From positions 37,346 to 101,345 of the forward strand of contig JBGAIQ010000015.1 in NCBI GenBank assembly GCA_044225365.1: a stretch of 64,000 bases of DNA. The letters are read 5' to 3'. Made by a program: the position numbers and the translations under genes. Position 1 is the stretch's first letter, and each line of letters opens with the position of its first letter. Below the pieces are notes generated by a model that was not told the DNA's origin, did no database searches, and worked only from the letters and a program-made list of their open reading frames with translations. This document shows, one piece after another, positions 20,242 to 30,659 of this stretch. Origin of the DNA: Planctomycetota bacterium (GTDB lineage: Bacteria; Planctomycetota; B15-G4; JADJEK01).

Positions 20242-23042
20242 GGCGTCACCTCGATCTCGAAGCGGAACGACTTCGCGCCGGTTTCCGGCGTGAGTTGGAA
20301 CCAATCGGCGCCGGCCTTTCCAACGGAGAATCCGCTCGTGGCGCGCACCTGGGCGTGGGCGCCGTCGCCGCCGGGATTCACGACGAGCGCCTTGGGATCG
20401 CCCTCGATCTCGAAGCTGCGCGTGAAGTGGGGCTTCGGTGTGAGCGACGCGTCGATGCGCTCGTTCACGACGACGCCGTTCACCGAGTAGCGGAACGTGG
20501 GCGGCGCGTCCTTGCTCGTGAAGCGATAACCGAGGAATCGGTATCCGGCCTTCTGGCCGAAGGTGTTGGGCCAGGTGTCGGGCGGCGCCGTCGCGACGAG
20601 CAATGGGGGCCCATCGATCCCGCTCCACAGCGCCTTGCCCTGACCGCCGCAGATCGTGCCGCCGCGACCTTCCCACGCACCGGTCGCGTCGAGGAAGTCG
20701 CCCTGCCAGACCTCGGCGAGGCGCACGCGCTCGGCGTCGAAGCCGTAGTGGATGCCGACGGGCAGACCGACCGCGATCCCGCGCACGCCCGAGCGTTCGA
20801 GGAAGGTGCGCAGCACGCGCGGCGTGTCGGTGACGACGATCTTCAGCGCGTCCTTGCCCGCAATGCCTTCGGGTGGCGGCATGTTCTCGGAGAGCGTGAA
20901 GTACGCCCAAAGCGCATCGCCTTGGGAGTAGATGTCGCCCTGCTGGATCCCGGGAACGGTGCTCCGCCTTCCGAGGGCAAAGCTCGGCATGCGTGTGCCG
21001 GGTTTGAATCGCGCGGGCTGTTGGATGTAGGCGGTCCACCACTCGTAGCGCAGCCGGCCGGCGAATTCGTCGATGCGCGGCCCGGGCGAGCCGACGGGCG
21101 GGTTGTTCTTGAATTGATGGCAGCCGATGCAGTTCATGCCGGTCGAGCCGACGAGCTTCTGCCCGTCGCGAACGAGTGCGTCGGTGGTCGCCGGCGGGTT
21201 CGCGTCGGTCTCGGGTCGCGTGCCGAGTTCCGCTGAGAGTGCGGTCGCGATCGCGGCGGTGTCGAGTTGCGCGAAGCTCGGCATGCGCACGCCCATGTAC
21301 GGCCGCGCGATTCCTTCTCCGCGCAGGACTTGCTTCATCCAGTTGGTGTGCAGCTTGAAGCCCACGCTCGTGAGATCGGGCGGGAGGCGACCTTCATCGC
21401 CGAGATCGACCCGATCGTCGCGCGAATGGAAGTAGATCGAGACCTCGGGCGCGACGCCGTACAACGTGTCCTTGCGATGACAACTGAAGCAGTGGGCGGC
21501 GGTCTGCGTGCGATAGAGCCGATCCGTCGGTGCGACGATCCCGGTCGCGCGCGTGGTCGCGGGCAGCGCCGCCATGAGTGCGCGACCCTCGTCGCCGACG
21601 AAGGCCGTCTCGCCGAAGCGATACCTCGGCGTGGAACCACTCCCCGCGAGGCAGCCGCCTGCGGGATTCGCCGCGATCGTTCCGAGATCCTTCGCGAAGT
21701 CGTGTTTCGAACCGAAAGGCGTGAGCACGCCATGGCACGCATCGCAACGCAATCGTGCGAATGCCTGCTTGCCGCGTTCGACCCTCGCCGCGTCGACGAT
21801 CGATTCGTCCTTCGCTTCTTCGGCCTTGCGGGCGTTGCTTTCGAACGACGCGAGGAGATGATCGGCGAGCGCGTGCGAGTCGTTCTCCGACAGGAGGAAC
21901 GACGGCATCGCGCCGTCGCGATGCAGCTTCGCGGGATCGCGCAGGAATTCGGCGAGCGCGCCGCGAGTCCACTTGCCCGCGAGATCGCCATAGGGATGGA
22001 CGACGTCGGCGGTGGGCACCGTGGTCGACTGCTGCGGGTCGTCGAACACCTCGCGCGGACTCGCGAGCGCCCCGTGACACGCGACGCATCCGATCTCGTG
22101 GAAGATCTTGCGACCGATCGAGGGGGCGAACGCCCAGCTCGCAGCGGTGGCGCGCTCCGTAGCGAGGCTCTTCACGAAGTGCGCGAGATCGAGCGCGACG
22201 CCATTCGGATCGCTCTCGCCGTCGAGCAGGCTCGGCATGTCGGCGTGCGGTCGAACGCTCGAGGGATCGCGGATCCAGCGGGCGAGCCACTCGATCCGCG
22301 AGAAGCGCGCCGTCACGGAGAGATCGGGACCGACGCGGCGACCGACCGCTGCCGCGCTCGTCTCGTTCGGTTCGTGGCATTGAGTGCAGCCCTTCACTTC
22401 GAGCATGGCGCGGCCGCGCGTGGCGACGAGTCCGGCGAGAGCGTTCGTCACGTCGGCGTCGGGAACTCGCACCACGTAGGCCGGAATCGGCTCCGGACGA
22501 AAGCCCGAGGTATCGTCGGGCGCCATCTCCCAAGAGGTGCGGAGCCGCGCGGCGCCGCGCCCACTGCGCTCGAACACGACTTCGACCGTCACGTCGTGAT
22601 CGCGGGTGGACGAGAACTTGTTCCACTGCGAATCGGCGCGCCCGCCGTTCTCGGCATGACACTCCGCGAGCAGGGACTTCTTGGCTTCGTCGCGCACTCG
22701 CAGGTCGGCCTTGCCTCCGTCCACTTCGATCGCGAAGCGATAGGTTCCGTCGGAAGGGATCGCGATCTTCGCACGATACGTCGCGGTGAAGCCGGCCGCG
22801 CGCACTTCGGGATGGGGCGCTTCGTTCTCCTGCAGCACGAAGGCCGCCGCGGGCGCCCAGGTGTCGGCACTCGCCTGGAAGACGCCCATGTTCTGCGCGT
22901 AGTGCACGGCCCATCCCGCGGGCAACTCGGGAACGGCGCTCACCTCTGCGCTTGCGCTGCGGGTCGTCGCGAGTGCGAGGAGAATGGTCCATGCGAACAG
23001 AGACGCGTTGCGGACCGATCGAGTCAGGGCTTGCAGCAGCAT
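20238..23042 (-). CDS. Exported penta-heme c-type cytochrome with PA14-like N-terminus
   Basis: Five CxxCH motifs (CTQCH, CVACH, CDACH, CFSCH, CIGCH), most followed by P-x-L...MP distal Met motifs; signal peptide (SASA-E). Confidence 0.88.
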   Translation of the reverse strand: MLLQALTRSVRNASLFAWTILLALATTRSASAEVSAVPELPAGWAVHYAQNMGVFQASADTWAPAAAFVLQENEAPHPEVRAAGFTATYRAKIAIPSDGTYRFAIEVDGGKADLRVRDEAKKSLLAECHAENGGRADSQWNKFSSTRDHDVTVEVVFERSGRGAARLRTSWEMAPDDTSGFRPEPIPAYVVRVPDADVTNALAGLVATRGRAMLEVKGCTQCHEPNETSAAAVGRRVGPDLSVTARFSRIEWLARWIRDPSSVRPHADMPSLLDGESDPNGVALDLAHFVKSLATERATAASWAFAPSIGRKIFHEIGCVACHGALASPREVFDDPQQSTTVPTADVVHPYGDLAGKWTRGALAEFLRDPAKLHRDGAMPSFLLSENDSHALADHLLASFESNARKAEEAKDESIVDAARVERGKQAFARLRCDACHGVLTPFGSKHDFAKDLGTIAANPAGGCLAGSGSTPRYRFGETAFVGDEGRALMAALPATTRATGIVAPTDRLYRTQTAAHCFSCHRKDTLYGVAPEVSIYFHSRDDRVDLGDEGRLPPDLTSVGFKLHTNWMKQVLRGEGIARPYMGVRMPSFAQLDTAAIATALSAELGTRPETDANPPATTDALVRDGQKLVGSTGMNCIGCHQFKNNPPVGSPGPRIDEFAGRLRYEWWTAYIQQPARFKPGTRMPSFALGRRSTVPGIQQGDIYSQGDALWAYFTLSENMPPPEGIAGKDALKIVVTDTPRVLRTFLERSGVRGIAVGLPVGIHYGFDAERVRLAEVWQGDFLDATGAWEGRGGTICGGQGKALWSGIDGPPLLVATAPPDTWPNTFGQKAGYRFLGYRFTSKDAPPTFRYSVNGVVVNERIDASLTPKPHFTRSFEIEGDPKALVVNPGGDGAHAQVRATSGFSVGKAGADWFQLTPETGAKSFRFEIEVTP

Positions 23043-23291
23043 GCAGCGTCTCCGGTCGGAGGGGGAAGAGGGGTACAGAGTATGGGAGAGACGGCGGTTT
23101 CGGAACAGGGCATCGCATGCAGGAGCGGAGTCGTACAGCGGTCTCGGTCTCGTACGACGTACGTTGTACGAGCCCGACGTACGATCCTGCTCCCACAGTC
23201 GTGCCACCGCTCTCCCCTATCCTGTTCTCGCGGACGCCGTTTCGGGTTATCCTGTCGTATCAAGCCGTTCCCCTCGGAAGATCCCATCGAC

Positions 23292-24998
23292 ATGAAGACC
23301 GCTGTTTGCCTCGTGGCGTCGTGTGCACTCTCCTCGTTCGCGCTCGGGCAGTCGGTGCTGTTCACCGTGAACGGCGATAACGCGAGCGACGTATTCGGGC
23401 AGTGCATCGACATCGTCGGCGACGTGAATCACGACGGCTACGCCGACTTCATCGTGGGCGCGTGGCGCGACGACAACAATGGCAAGACCGATTCGGGGAG
23501 CGTGCGGCTCGTGTCCGGCAAGGACGGAACCACGCTGCTCGTCATCAACGGTGATCTCGCGAACGATCACATGGGATTCGGATCGAGCGGCGCGGGCGAC
23601 GTCGACGGCGACGGAACGCCCGACATTTGCGCGGCCGCGGACGAGGCCGATGTGGGCGGGATCGTGAACGAAGGCGCGGCGAAGATCGTCTCCGGCGCGA
23701 CGGGGCTCACGCTGTACACCGTGACGGGCGACAACGCGAGCGACCTCTTCGGCTGGTCGTCGGCCGCGGCCGGCGACATCGACGGGGACGGCTTCGCCGA
23801 TTTCGTCGTCGGCGCCCTGCAGGACGACGACACCGGCAAGACGAACTGCGGCAGCGTCACGGCGTTCTCCGGCAAGACGGGAGGGGTGATCCGCCGCGTC
23901 TTCGGCTTCGTGGGCGGGGACAATCTCGGCGATACCTGCGGCGGAGTCGGCGACATCGACGGCGACGGCAAGGCCGACTTCGTCGGCGGCGCTCCATCCG
24001 CGGATCCGAACGGCGCGACGTCGGGCCAGGCGCTCGTGTTCTCCGGCGCCACCGGCCAGATCCTGATCGGCTTCGACGGCGCGGCGGCGGGCGACGGCCT
24101 CGGCGGTTCCGTGTCCGGCGCCGGCGACACCAACCTCGACGGGTTCCCGGACGTCCTGATCGGCGCGCCGAACGAGGACTCGAACGGAGCGAACGCGGGA
24201 ACGGTGCGCGTCATCTCCGGCGCGACGCACTTCGTGCTGCTCCAGGCCCATGGCGACGCCGCGGGCGATGCTCTCGGCACGGCGGTCCGCGACGCGGGCG
24301 ACGTGAACGGCGACGGCTATCCCGATTTCATGGCGGGGGCGACGGGCGACGACGACAACGGCTCGGGCTGCGGCTCGGTACGAATCTTCTCGGGCAAGGA
24401 CGGCTCGATCGTTCGCACATTCTTCGGCGACAGCGCGGGGGATTCGCTCGGCACCTCCGTGGCGGGCGGCGGGGACATGGATCTCGATTCACTCTCCGAT
24501 GTCGTCGCTGGCGCGATCGGCGACGACAACAACGGTTCGGGCTCTGGAAGCGCGCGGGCGTACAGCCTGCGACCCGTCGGCCTCACAATGTTCGGTACGG
24601 GCACGCCGGGCTGCGCCGGCAAGATGCACCTCTCCGGCAACGGCGTTCCGCAGATCGGAAACGCCGGCTTCACGCTGATCGGTGACCACGCGCCTCCGAG
24701 CAGCGTCGGCTACCTCTTCGTGTCCGACGTCGCGAACGTTCCCGGCTCGGTCCTGCCGGGCGTCGGCGCGATCCTCCACGTGGCTCTGCCGCCGGTCTCG
24801 AACGTGCTGTTCATCGGCAACACGTTCGCGGATGCGCATGGCTCCATCCTCTCGCCCGTCCCGCTTCCGCTCGACGTGTCCCTCGTCGGTTTCGCGGTCT
24901 CGTTCCAGGCGCTCTCGGTGTGGCCGAGCCATTGCGCCGGTCTGCCGCTCACCAACGTGAGCTCGTCGAACGGGCTCACCGCCGTCCTGCAGCCCTGA
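23292..24998 (+). CDS. Secreted integrin-alpha-like FG-GAP repeat protein with shared C-terminal domain
   Basis: Signal peptide MKTAVCLV...ALG-Q; seven G-x-x-x-x-x-GDxDGDGxxDxxxGA repeats; CTD ending SNGLTAVLQP. Confidence 0.9.
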   Translation: MKTAVCLVASCALSSFALGQSVLFTVNGDNASDVFGQCIDIVGDVNHDGYADFIVGAWRDDNNGKTDSGSVRLVSGKDGTTLLVINGDLANDHMGFGSSGAGDVDGDGTPDICAAADEADVGGIVNEGAAKIVSGATGLTLYTVTGDNASDLFGWSSAAAGDIDGDGFADFVVGALQDDDTGKTNCGSVTAFSGKTGGVIRRVFGFVGGDNLGDTCGGVGDIDGDGKADFVGGAPSADPNGATSGQALVFSGATGQILIGFDGAAAGDGLGGSVSGAGDTNLDGFPDVLIGAPNEDSNGANAGTVRVISGATHFVLLQAHGDAAGDALGTAVRDAGDVNGDGYPDFMAGATGDDDNGSGCGSVRIFSGKDGSIVRTFFGDSAGDSLGTSVAGGGDMDLDSLSDVVAGAIGDDNNGSGSGSARAYSLRPVGLTMFGTGTPGCAGKMHLSGNGVPQIGNAGFTLIGDHAPPSSVGYLFVSDVANVPGSVLPGVGAILHVALPPVSNVLFIGNTFADAHGSILSPVPLPLDVSLVGFAVSFQALSVWPSHCAGLPLTNVSSSNGLTAVLQP

Positions 24999-25087
24999 CG
25001 CCGCGACGAAGTCGCGCGTTCGGGCTCGACGAACAAACGACCATCGCTATCGTCGGCGGCTCGAAGTGTCCCCGCGCGGAGCGACCC

Positions 25088-27367
25088 GTGGCCAATCCGA
25101 CCAAGCCTCAACCCAAGGCTGCCCAGAAACCGACGCCGAAGGCCGCGCCCGCGAAGCCTCACAATTGGCGATTCTTCCGCTCCGGCGGCGTCGATCAAGT
25201 CCGCATCGACCGCGGCTCGGACATCGCGAACCTGAAGCACCTCGACCAGAAGTTGTGGGTCGCGCTCAGTTGCCCGGTGAAGGGCCTCGAGTTCGACGAG
25301 AAGACGCTCGCGCTGATCGACTCCGACAACGATGGCCGCGTCCGCGCACTCGAACTGCTGCACGCGATCGATTGGACGATCGAACGGATCGTGAACCCGG
25401 ACGAACTGGTCGAAGGGCGCGATGCGTTGCCGATCGCGTCGATCTCGGATGCGACCGAGGAGGGCAAGCAACTCCGCGCCTGTGCGAAGCGCATCCTCGC
25501 GAGCCACGGCCGGGCCGATGCGACCGCGATCACGGTGGCGGACGTCGCGAACACCGAGAAGGTCTTCGCCACGATGAAACTGAACGGCGACGGTGTCCTG
25601 CCGCCCTCGTCGATCGACGATCCGGAATTGAAGAAGATCGCGGAAGAGGTTCTCGCCTGCGTCGGCGGTGAGAAGGATCGCGGCGGCGAGTTGGGGATCG
25701 ATGCCGCGAAGTTCGAGTCCTTCATGAAGCAGATCGCGGCGTATTCGGCGTGGTGGGATTCGGGCGAGGCGCGCGCGAAGGAGATCCTGCCGCTCTCGAC
25801 CGAGACGCCCGCGACGTACGAGGCGCTCGAAGCCGTGCGCGGCAAGATCGACGACTTCTTCGCGCGCTGCGGGATCGCCGCGTACGACGAGCGGGCGCTC
25901 GCGGCCCTGCAAAAACGCCAGGAGGAGCACTTCGCCGCCGCGGCGAGCGACATGGTGATCACCGCCGACGAGTTGAAGGATCTGCCGCTGTCACGCATCG
26001 AGGCGGGGCGTTCCCTGCCCCTCGAGAGCGGGATCAACCCGGCGCACGTCGGACTCATCGCACACTTCGTGGCCAAGGTCGTGACGCCGCTGCTCGGAAA
26101 GGGCAAGAAGGAGCTGAGCGAGACCGAGTGGCGATCGATCGAGGCCAAGCTCGCACCCTACGGTGAATGGGTGAAGAGCAAGGCCGGCGTCGCGGTCGAG
26201 AAGCTCGGTCTGGCTCGCATTCGCGAGATCGGGAGGAGCAACGCCGCCGAACCACTGGCGAAGCTCTTCGCCGAGGACAAGACGATCTCCGGTGAGATGT
26301 CCCGCGTCGCGTCGCTCGACCGGCTCGTGCGCTTCTACCGGGACCTGCACAAATTGCTCGTCAACTTCGTCTCGTTCGCCGACTTCTATTCGAAGCGCGA
26401 CGCGATCTTCCAGGCCGGTTCGCTCTACCTCGATGGTCGCAACTGCGATCTCTGCGTGAAGGTGGAATCCGCGGACAAGCACTCGACGATGGCCGTCCTC
26501 GCGAAGACCTATCTCGCCTACTGCGACTGCACTCGGCCCGCGACGGGCCAGAAGATGACGATCGCGGCGGCGTTCACTGCGGGCGATTCCGACCACTTGA
26601 TGGTCGGCCGCAACGGAGTGTTCTACGACAAGAAGGGCAACGACTGGGACGCGACGATCGTGAAGCTGCTCGATCAGCCGATCAGCCTCGGGCAGGCGTT
26701 CTGGGCGCCATACAAGCGACTCCTCCGCTTCATCGAGGAGCAGGTGACGAAGCGGGCTTCCGCGGCGGACGCGGCGGCAACCGAACGGCTGCAGACCGGG
26801 GTCGCCGCGACGGCGGAAGCGAAACCGGCGGCACCCGCGCCGCCCAAGCCGAAGATGGACATCGGAGTCGTGGCGGCGATCGGCGTCGCGGCGGGTTCGT
26901 TCCTCGCGGCGTTCAGCACGCTCACCGACGCCTTCTTCAAGCTCGGCCCGTACATGCCGCTCGGCGTGCTCGCGGTCGTGCTCGCGATCTCCGGGCCCTC
27001 GATGTTCATTGCCTGGATCAAGCTGCGTCAGCGCAATCTCGGTCCGATCCTCGACGCGAACGGCTGGGCCGTGAACGGACGCGTCAAGGTGAACATCCCG
27101 CTCGGTCAGGTGTTCACCGACACGGCGCGGCTGCCGCCGGGCTCCGAGCGATCGCTCATCGATCCGTTCGCCGAGCAGAAGGCGCCGTGGGTCAAGATCG
27201 TCACGATGATCGTGCTCGTGAGCCTGCTCACCCTCGGCGCGATCTATCACGAGAAGGTCGTCGACATCTGGCGCGAAGCGAACGATCGCTTCAAGAAGGT
27301 GAACACGCAGGACGAACCGAAGCCCGCCGATCCGGGCGCGCCGCCAGCGGCCGGCGAGAAGAAGTGA
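25088..27367 (+). CDS. Conserved hypothetical membrane protein with EF-hand-like motif and C-terminal TM helices
   Basis: Long ORF with typical codon usage; DSDNDGRVRALE EF-hand-like loop; three hydrophobic segments near the C-terminus. Start codon uncertain (GTG 25088). Confidence 0.7.
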   Translation: MANPTKPQPKAAQKPTPKAAPAKPHNWRFFRSGGVDQVRIDRGSDIANLKHLDQKLWVALSCPVKGLEFDEKTLALIDSDNDGRVRALELLHAIDWTIERIVNPDELVEGRDALPIASISDATEEGKQLRACAKRILASHGRADATAITVADVANTEKVFATMKLNGDGVLPPSSIDDPELKKIAEEVLACVGGEKDRGGELGIDAAKFESFMKQIAAYSAWWDSGEARAKEILPLSTETPATYEALEAVRGKIDDFFARCGIAAYDERALAALQKRQEEHFAAAASDMVITADELKDLPLSRIEAGRSLPLESGINPAHVGLIAHFVAKVVTPLLGKGKKELSETEWRSIEAKLAPYGEWVKSKAGVAVEKLGLARIREIGRSNAAEPLAKLFAEDKTISGEMSRVASLDRLVRFYRDLHKLLVNFVSFADFYSKRDAIFQAGSLYLDGRNCDLCVKVESADKHSTMAVLAKTYLAYCDCTRPATGQKMTIAAAFTAGDSDHLMVGRNGVFYDKKGNDWDATIVKLLDQPISLGQAFWAPYKRLLRFIEEQVTKRASAADAAATERLQTGVAATAEAKPAAPAPPKPKMDIGVVAAIGVAAGSFLAAFSTLTDAFFKLGPYMPLGVLAVVLAISGPSMFIAWIKLRQRNLGPILDANGWAVNGRVKVNIPLGQVFTDTARLPPGSERSLIDPFAEQKAPWVKIVTMIVLVSLLTLGAIYHEKVVDIWREANDRFKKVNTQDEPKPADPGAPPAAGEKK

Positions 27368-27395
27368 CGAACCGCGGTCAGGAGCTCGCGAGCGC

Positions 27396-28511
27396 ATGAG
27401 CGAGACGTTCCCCGGTTTCGTCATGGCGAGCGCGGTCGCGGCGGGTCGCGCCGGGGCCGAACTCGAGGTGACGCCTTCCGGACTCCTCGCGCGCACACGC
27501 GCCGACGGTGACTTCGTGATCCCGTGGTCGGATGCCGAATTCGAGCGCGGCGGCGCGAGCGGGCGGATGATCTTCGTTCGATCACGGCGGACCGACGTGA
27601 TCCTCGGATCGGAGGCGCCGGGATTCGCGGAGTCGATTCTCGCAGGAGCGGAGCTTCCCGCGCGAGAGCGACTGCGCGCCGCGATCGAAGCCGACCGCGG
27701 GCGGTTGGCGACGAGGCGAGTCGGCATCGCGCGAATCGCCGCGATCGGCGTCGTTCTGCTCGTCGCGCTCGTGTTCGGACTGAAGTACGCGACTCGCTTC
27801 GTCGCCTCCGCCGTGCCGCGGTCGGTCGACGCAGCGATCGGCAAGGCCTACTTCTCGAGCATCGAGGGTTCGCTCGCCATCGTGCATCGTGCCCCGGTCG
27901 ACGAAGCGTTCAAGACGATCCTCGCGCGCTTCGCCGCCCATACGGATCTCGAGGGCTTCGAGGTGGAGATCGATCTCGTCGACTCGAGCACGATCAACGC
28001 GATGGCGCTGCCCGGCGGGCGGATCCTCGTGTATCGCGGGCTCCTCGAGATCCTGGGCGACGAGAACGAACTCGCCGGAGTCCTCGCGCACGAGCTCTCG
28101 CACGTAACGCAGCGGCATCATCTCACCGCGATCGGCCGGTCTCTCGGACTCATCGCCGCGGTTCAGTTCTTCGTGGGCGACGTCGCTGGACTCGTGGCGG
28201 TGGGCGTGGAAGTCATGCGGCGACTCACCGAGAACGGTTACAGCCGCGATCAGGAGAGCGATGCCGATCGGCAAGGCGTCGCACTGCTCGAAAGGAGCGG
28301 CATCGATCCGCTCGCGCTCGAACGCGCACTCGAGAAGATGGCGAAGGCGGCGGGATCGACGCCCGAAGCACTGAAGTGGCTCTCCACTCATCCCGCGGAT
28401 GAAGCGCGAAGGGCCGCGATCCGCGAAGCGGCGGAGCAGGAGTCCGGCGGGCGACGCATGCGATTCGAGCCGCTCGGGATCGATTGGAATCGCGTGAAGC
28501 AGTCGCTGTGA
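27396..28511 (+). CDS. M48 family zinc metalloprotease with N-terminal PH-like domain and TM anchor
   Basis: INAMALPGG, LAGVLAHELSHV, YSRDQESDAD, LSTHP. Confidence 0.9.
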   Translation: MSETFPGFVMASAVAAGRAGAELEVTPSGLLARTRADGDFVIPWSDAEFERGGASGRMIFVRSRRTDVILGSEAPGFAESILAGAELPARERLRAAIEADRGRLATRRVGIARIAAIGVVLLVALVFGLKYATRFVASAVPRSVDAAIGKAYFSSIEGSLAIVHRAPVDEAFKTILARFAAHTDLEGFEVEIDLVDSSTINAMALPGGRILVYRGLLEILGDENELAGVLAHELSHVTQRHHLTAIGRSLGLIAAVQFFVGDVAGLVAVGVEVMRRLTENGYSRDQESDADRQGVALLERSGIDPLALERALEKMAKAAGSTPEALKWLSTHPADEARRAAIREAAEQESGGRRMRFEPLGIDWNRVKQSL

Positions 28512-28596
28512 CCGCGCTCGACCGGGCGATGGAGAATGCAAACTCCAGTCTCTACAGTCGCGCCCACCTCGAACTCGTTGCTCTCAGGAATCGGAC

Positions 28597-29259
28597 ATGG
28601 AAGTCGAGATTCGCGAACGCCCGTCGTTCGGCCATCTGCGCGTGAAGCTTGCGTCAGGAGAGTCGATCCTCGCCGAGTCCGGAGCGATGGCGAGCATGAC
28701 GAAGGACATCTCCTTCAAGCCGCGGCTCAACGGCGGCTTCCTGAAGGGTCTCGCGCGCAAGGTGTTCGCCGGCGAAACGATGTTCATCAATGAGTTCACG
28801 TCGAACGCGTCGGGCGGCGGCGAGCTGATCCTCACGCAGCCGTGGCCGGGTGACGTCGACGTGATGACGCTCGACGGCACCGAGATCTACCTCCAACCCG
28901 GCGCGTTCCTCGCGTGCGAGCCGAGCGTGAACATGGAGCTCTCCTTCGCGGGATTCTCCAGCATGATCGCGCGGGAGGGGCTCTTCCGCATGAAGCTCTC
29001 CGGCCGCGGCAAGGTGTGGTTCGGCGCGATCGGTGGAATCATGGTCCGCCAGATCACGGATGAACTGGTCGTCGACTCCGGCCATCTCGTCGCATACGAC
29101 CCGAGCGTGAACCTCTCACTCGGGTTGCCCGGCGGCATCTTTTCGAGCTTCTTCGGCGGCGAGGGCGTGATCGCGAGGGTACGTGGCCCCGGGCGCATCT
29201 GGTTGCAGTCACGCACGCTCGATTCCATCGCGGACTGGACCAATGGCTACTTGTTCTGA
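28597..29259 (+). CDS. AIM24/TIGR00266 family protein
   Basis: ILAESGAMASM, FAGETMFINEF, VVDSGHLVAY, GPGRIWLQSR. Confidence 0.9.
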   Translation: MEVEIRERPSFGHLRVKLASGESILAESGAMASMTKDISFKPRLNGGFLKGLARKVFAGETMFINEFTSNASGGGELILTQPWPGDVDVMTLDGTEIYLQPGAFLACEPSVNMELSFAGFSSMIAREGLFRMKLSGRGKVWFGAIGGIMVRQITDELVVDSGHLVAYDPSVNLSLGLPGGIFSSFFGGEGVIARVRGPGRIWLQSRTLDSIADWTNGYLF

Positions 29260-29268
29260 GGTGGGACG

Positions 29269-29955
29269 ATGAAGATCGAGATTCTCGAACGTCCCGCCTT
29301 CTCGGCAGCGAAGATCACGCTCGCTTTGGGTGAAGAAGTGACGGCCGAGTCCGGCGCGATGATCGCGATGTCGGCCGGGATCGACGTCGAGACGCGTGCG
29401 AGCAAGAAGGGCGGCGGCGGGATGCTGGCGGGACTGCGGCGCATGTTCGCGGGCGAGAACTTCTTCTTGAACCACTTCACCGCGCGCAAGGACGGCGAGA
29501 GCGTCCTCCTCGGACCATCGCTCGTCGGCGACATCCTGCATCATCCCCTCGCGAGCGGAAACCTCATCGTCCAGGGGACGAGCTGGCTCGCATCGTCCGA
29601 GGGAGTGAACATCGACGCGACGTGGCAAGGCTTCACGAGCGCGTTGTTCTCCGGTGAGAGCGTGTTCTGGGTGAAGTGTTCCGGGCAGGGCGACGTGCTG
29701 CTCTCCAGCTTCGGCGCGATCTACGAGATCCAGGTCGACGGCGAGTACGTCGTCGACACCGGTCACATCGTCGCGTTCGAGGACACGCTCCAGTTCGAGG
29801 TCGGCAAGTCGGCCGCGACGTGGCTGCAGAGCTTCCTCGGCGGCGAGGGCATCGCGTGCCGTTTTCGTGGCGTAGGACGCCTGTGGTGTCAGAGTCACAA
29901 TCCGCCGGCCTTCGGCGGTGAACTCGGCCCGATGCTGAAACCGGTGCGGCGATGA
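29269..29955 (+). CDS. AIM24/TIGR00266 family protein
   Basis: VTAESGAMIAM, AGENFFLNHF, VVDTGHIVAF, GRLWCQSH. Confidence 0.9.
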   Translation: MKIEILERPAFSAAKITLALGEEVTAESGAMIAMSAGIDVETRASKKGGGGMLAGLRRMFAGENFFLNHFTARKDGESVLLGPSLVGDILHHPLASGNLIVQGTSWLASSEGVNIDATWQGFTSALFSGESVFWVKCSGQGDVLLSSFGAIYEIQVDGEYVVDTGHIVAFEDTLQFEVGKSAATWLQSFLGGEGIACRFRGVGRLWCQSHNPPAFGGELGPMLKPVRR

Positions 29956-30659
29956 ACTACGAGATCCTCGAACGACCCGAATACTCGATCCTCGTGATGA
30001 AGCTCGCAGCCGGCGAGAAGGCCTACGCCGAGCCCGGAGCGATGGCATGGATGTCGCCGTCGATCGAGATGAAGACCGGCTTCGCTGGCGGTTTCAAGAA
30101 GACGCTCGGTCGTGCGTTCGGCGGTGAGAGCGTGCTCGTGAACACGTTCGCCGCGCGCTCCGATTCCGAGCTCGCGATCGCCGCCGGACAACCGGGCGAC
30201 ACCGTTTGCTATCCGCTCGACGGCGGGCTCGATCTCTATCTGCAGCGCGGCGCCTATCTCGCGAACGGCGACGGCGTGACGGTGACGGGAAGCTGGCAGG
30301 GCGCGCGCGGGTTCTTCGGTGGCAACGGGCTCGTGATGCTGAAGGCATCGGGACGAGGCAACCTGTTCTTCCAGACGTACGGCGCCGTGCTCGAGATCGA
30401 CGTGCGCGACGAGTACCTCGTGGACAGCGGATACATCGCGGCGTTCGAGAGTTCCCTCGAGTACCGAGTGACGACGATGCCGGGGCTCACCACGGGCGGT
30501 CGTGTGAAGACGTTCCTCTTCGGCGGCGAGGCGCTCGTCACGCGATTCATGGGCCGGGGCAAGCTCTGGGTGCAGACGCGGTCCGTGCGGCCCTGGCTCT
30601 CATGGGTCCAGCAATTCCGACCGGTGCAACGTTCGTCGAGCAGCGGCGGAGGCGACTGA
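29952..30659 (+). CDS. AIM24/TIGR00266 family protein
   Basis: AYAEPGAMAWM, GGESVLVNTF, LVDSGYIAAF, GKLWVQTR; ATGA overlap with the previous gene. Confidence 0.9.
   Translation: MNYEILERPEYSILVMKLAAGEKAYAEPGAMAWMSPSIEMKTGFAGGFKKTLGRAFGGESVLVNTFAARSDSELAIAAGQPGDTVCYPLDGGLDLYLQRGAYLANGDGVTVTGSWQGARGFFGGNGLVMLKASGRGNLFFQTYGAVLEIDVRDEYLVDSGYIAAFESSLEYRVTTMPGLTTGGRVKTFLFGGEALVTRFMGRGKLWVQTRSVRPWLSWVQQFRPVQRSSSSGGGD

Noticed and set aside
20242-23291. Very long N-terminal extensions in the ORF track (16825-21042, 21267-24998; likewise 7403-9784, 35801-37084, 36250-38850, 32865-34241)
   Set aside because: The extensions overlap other bona fide genes. True starts with an RBS or signal peptide lie downstream.
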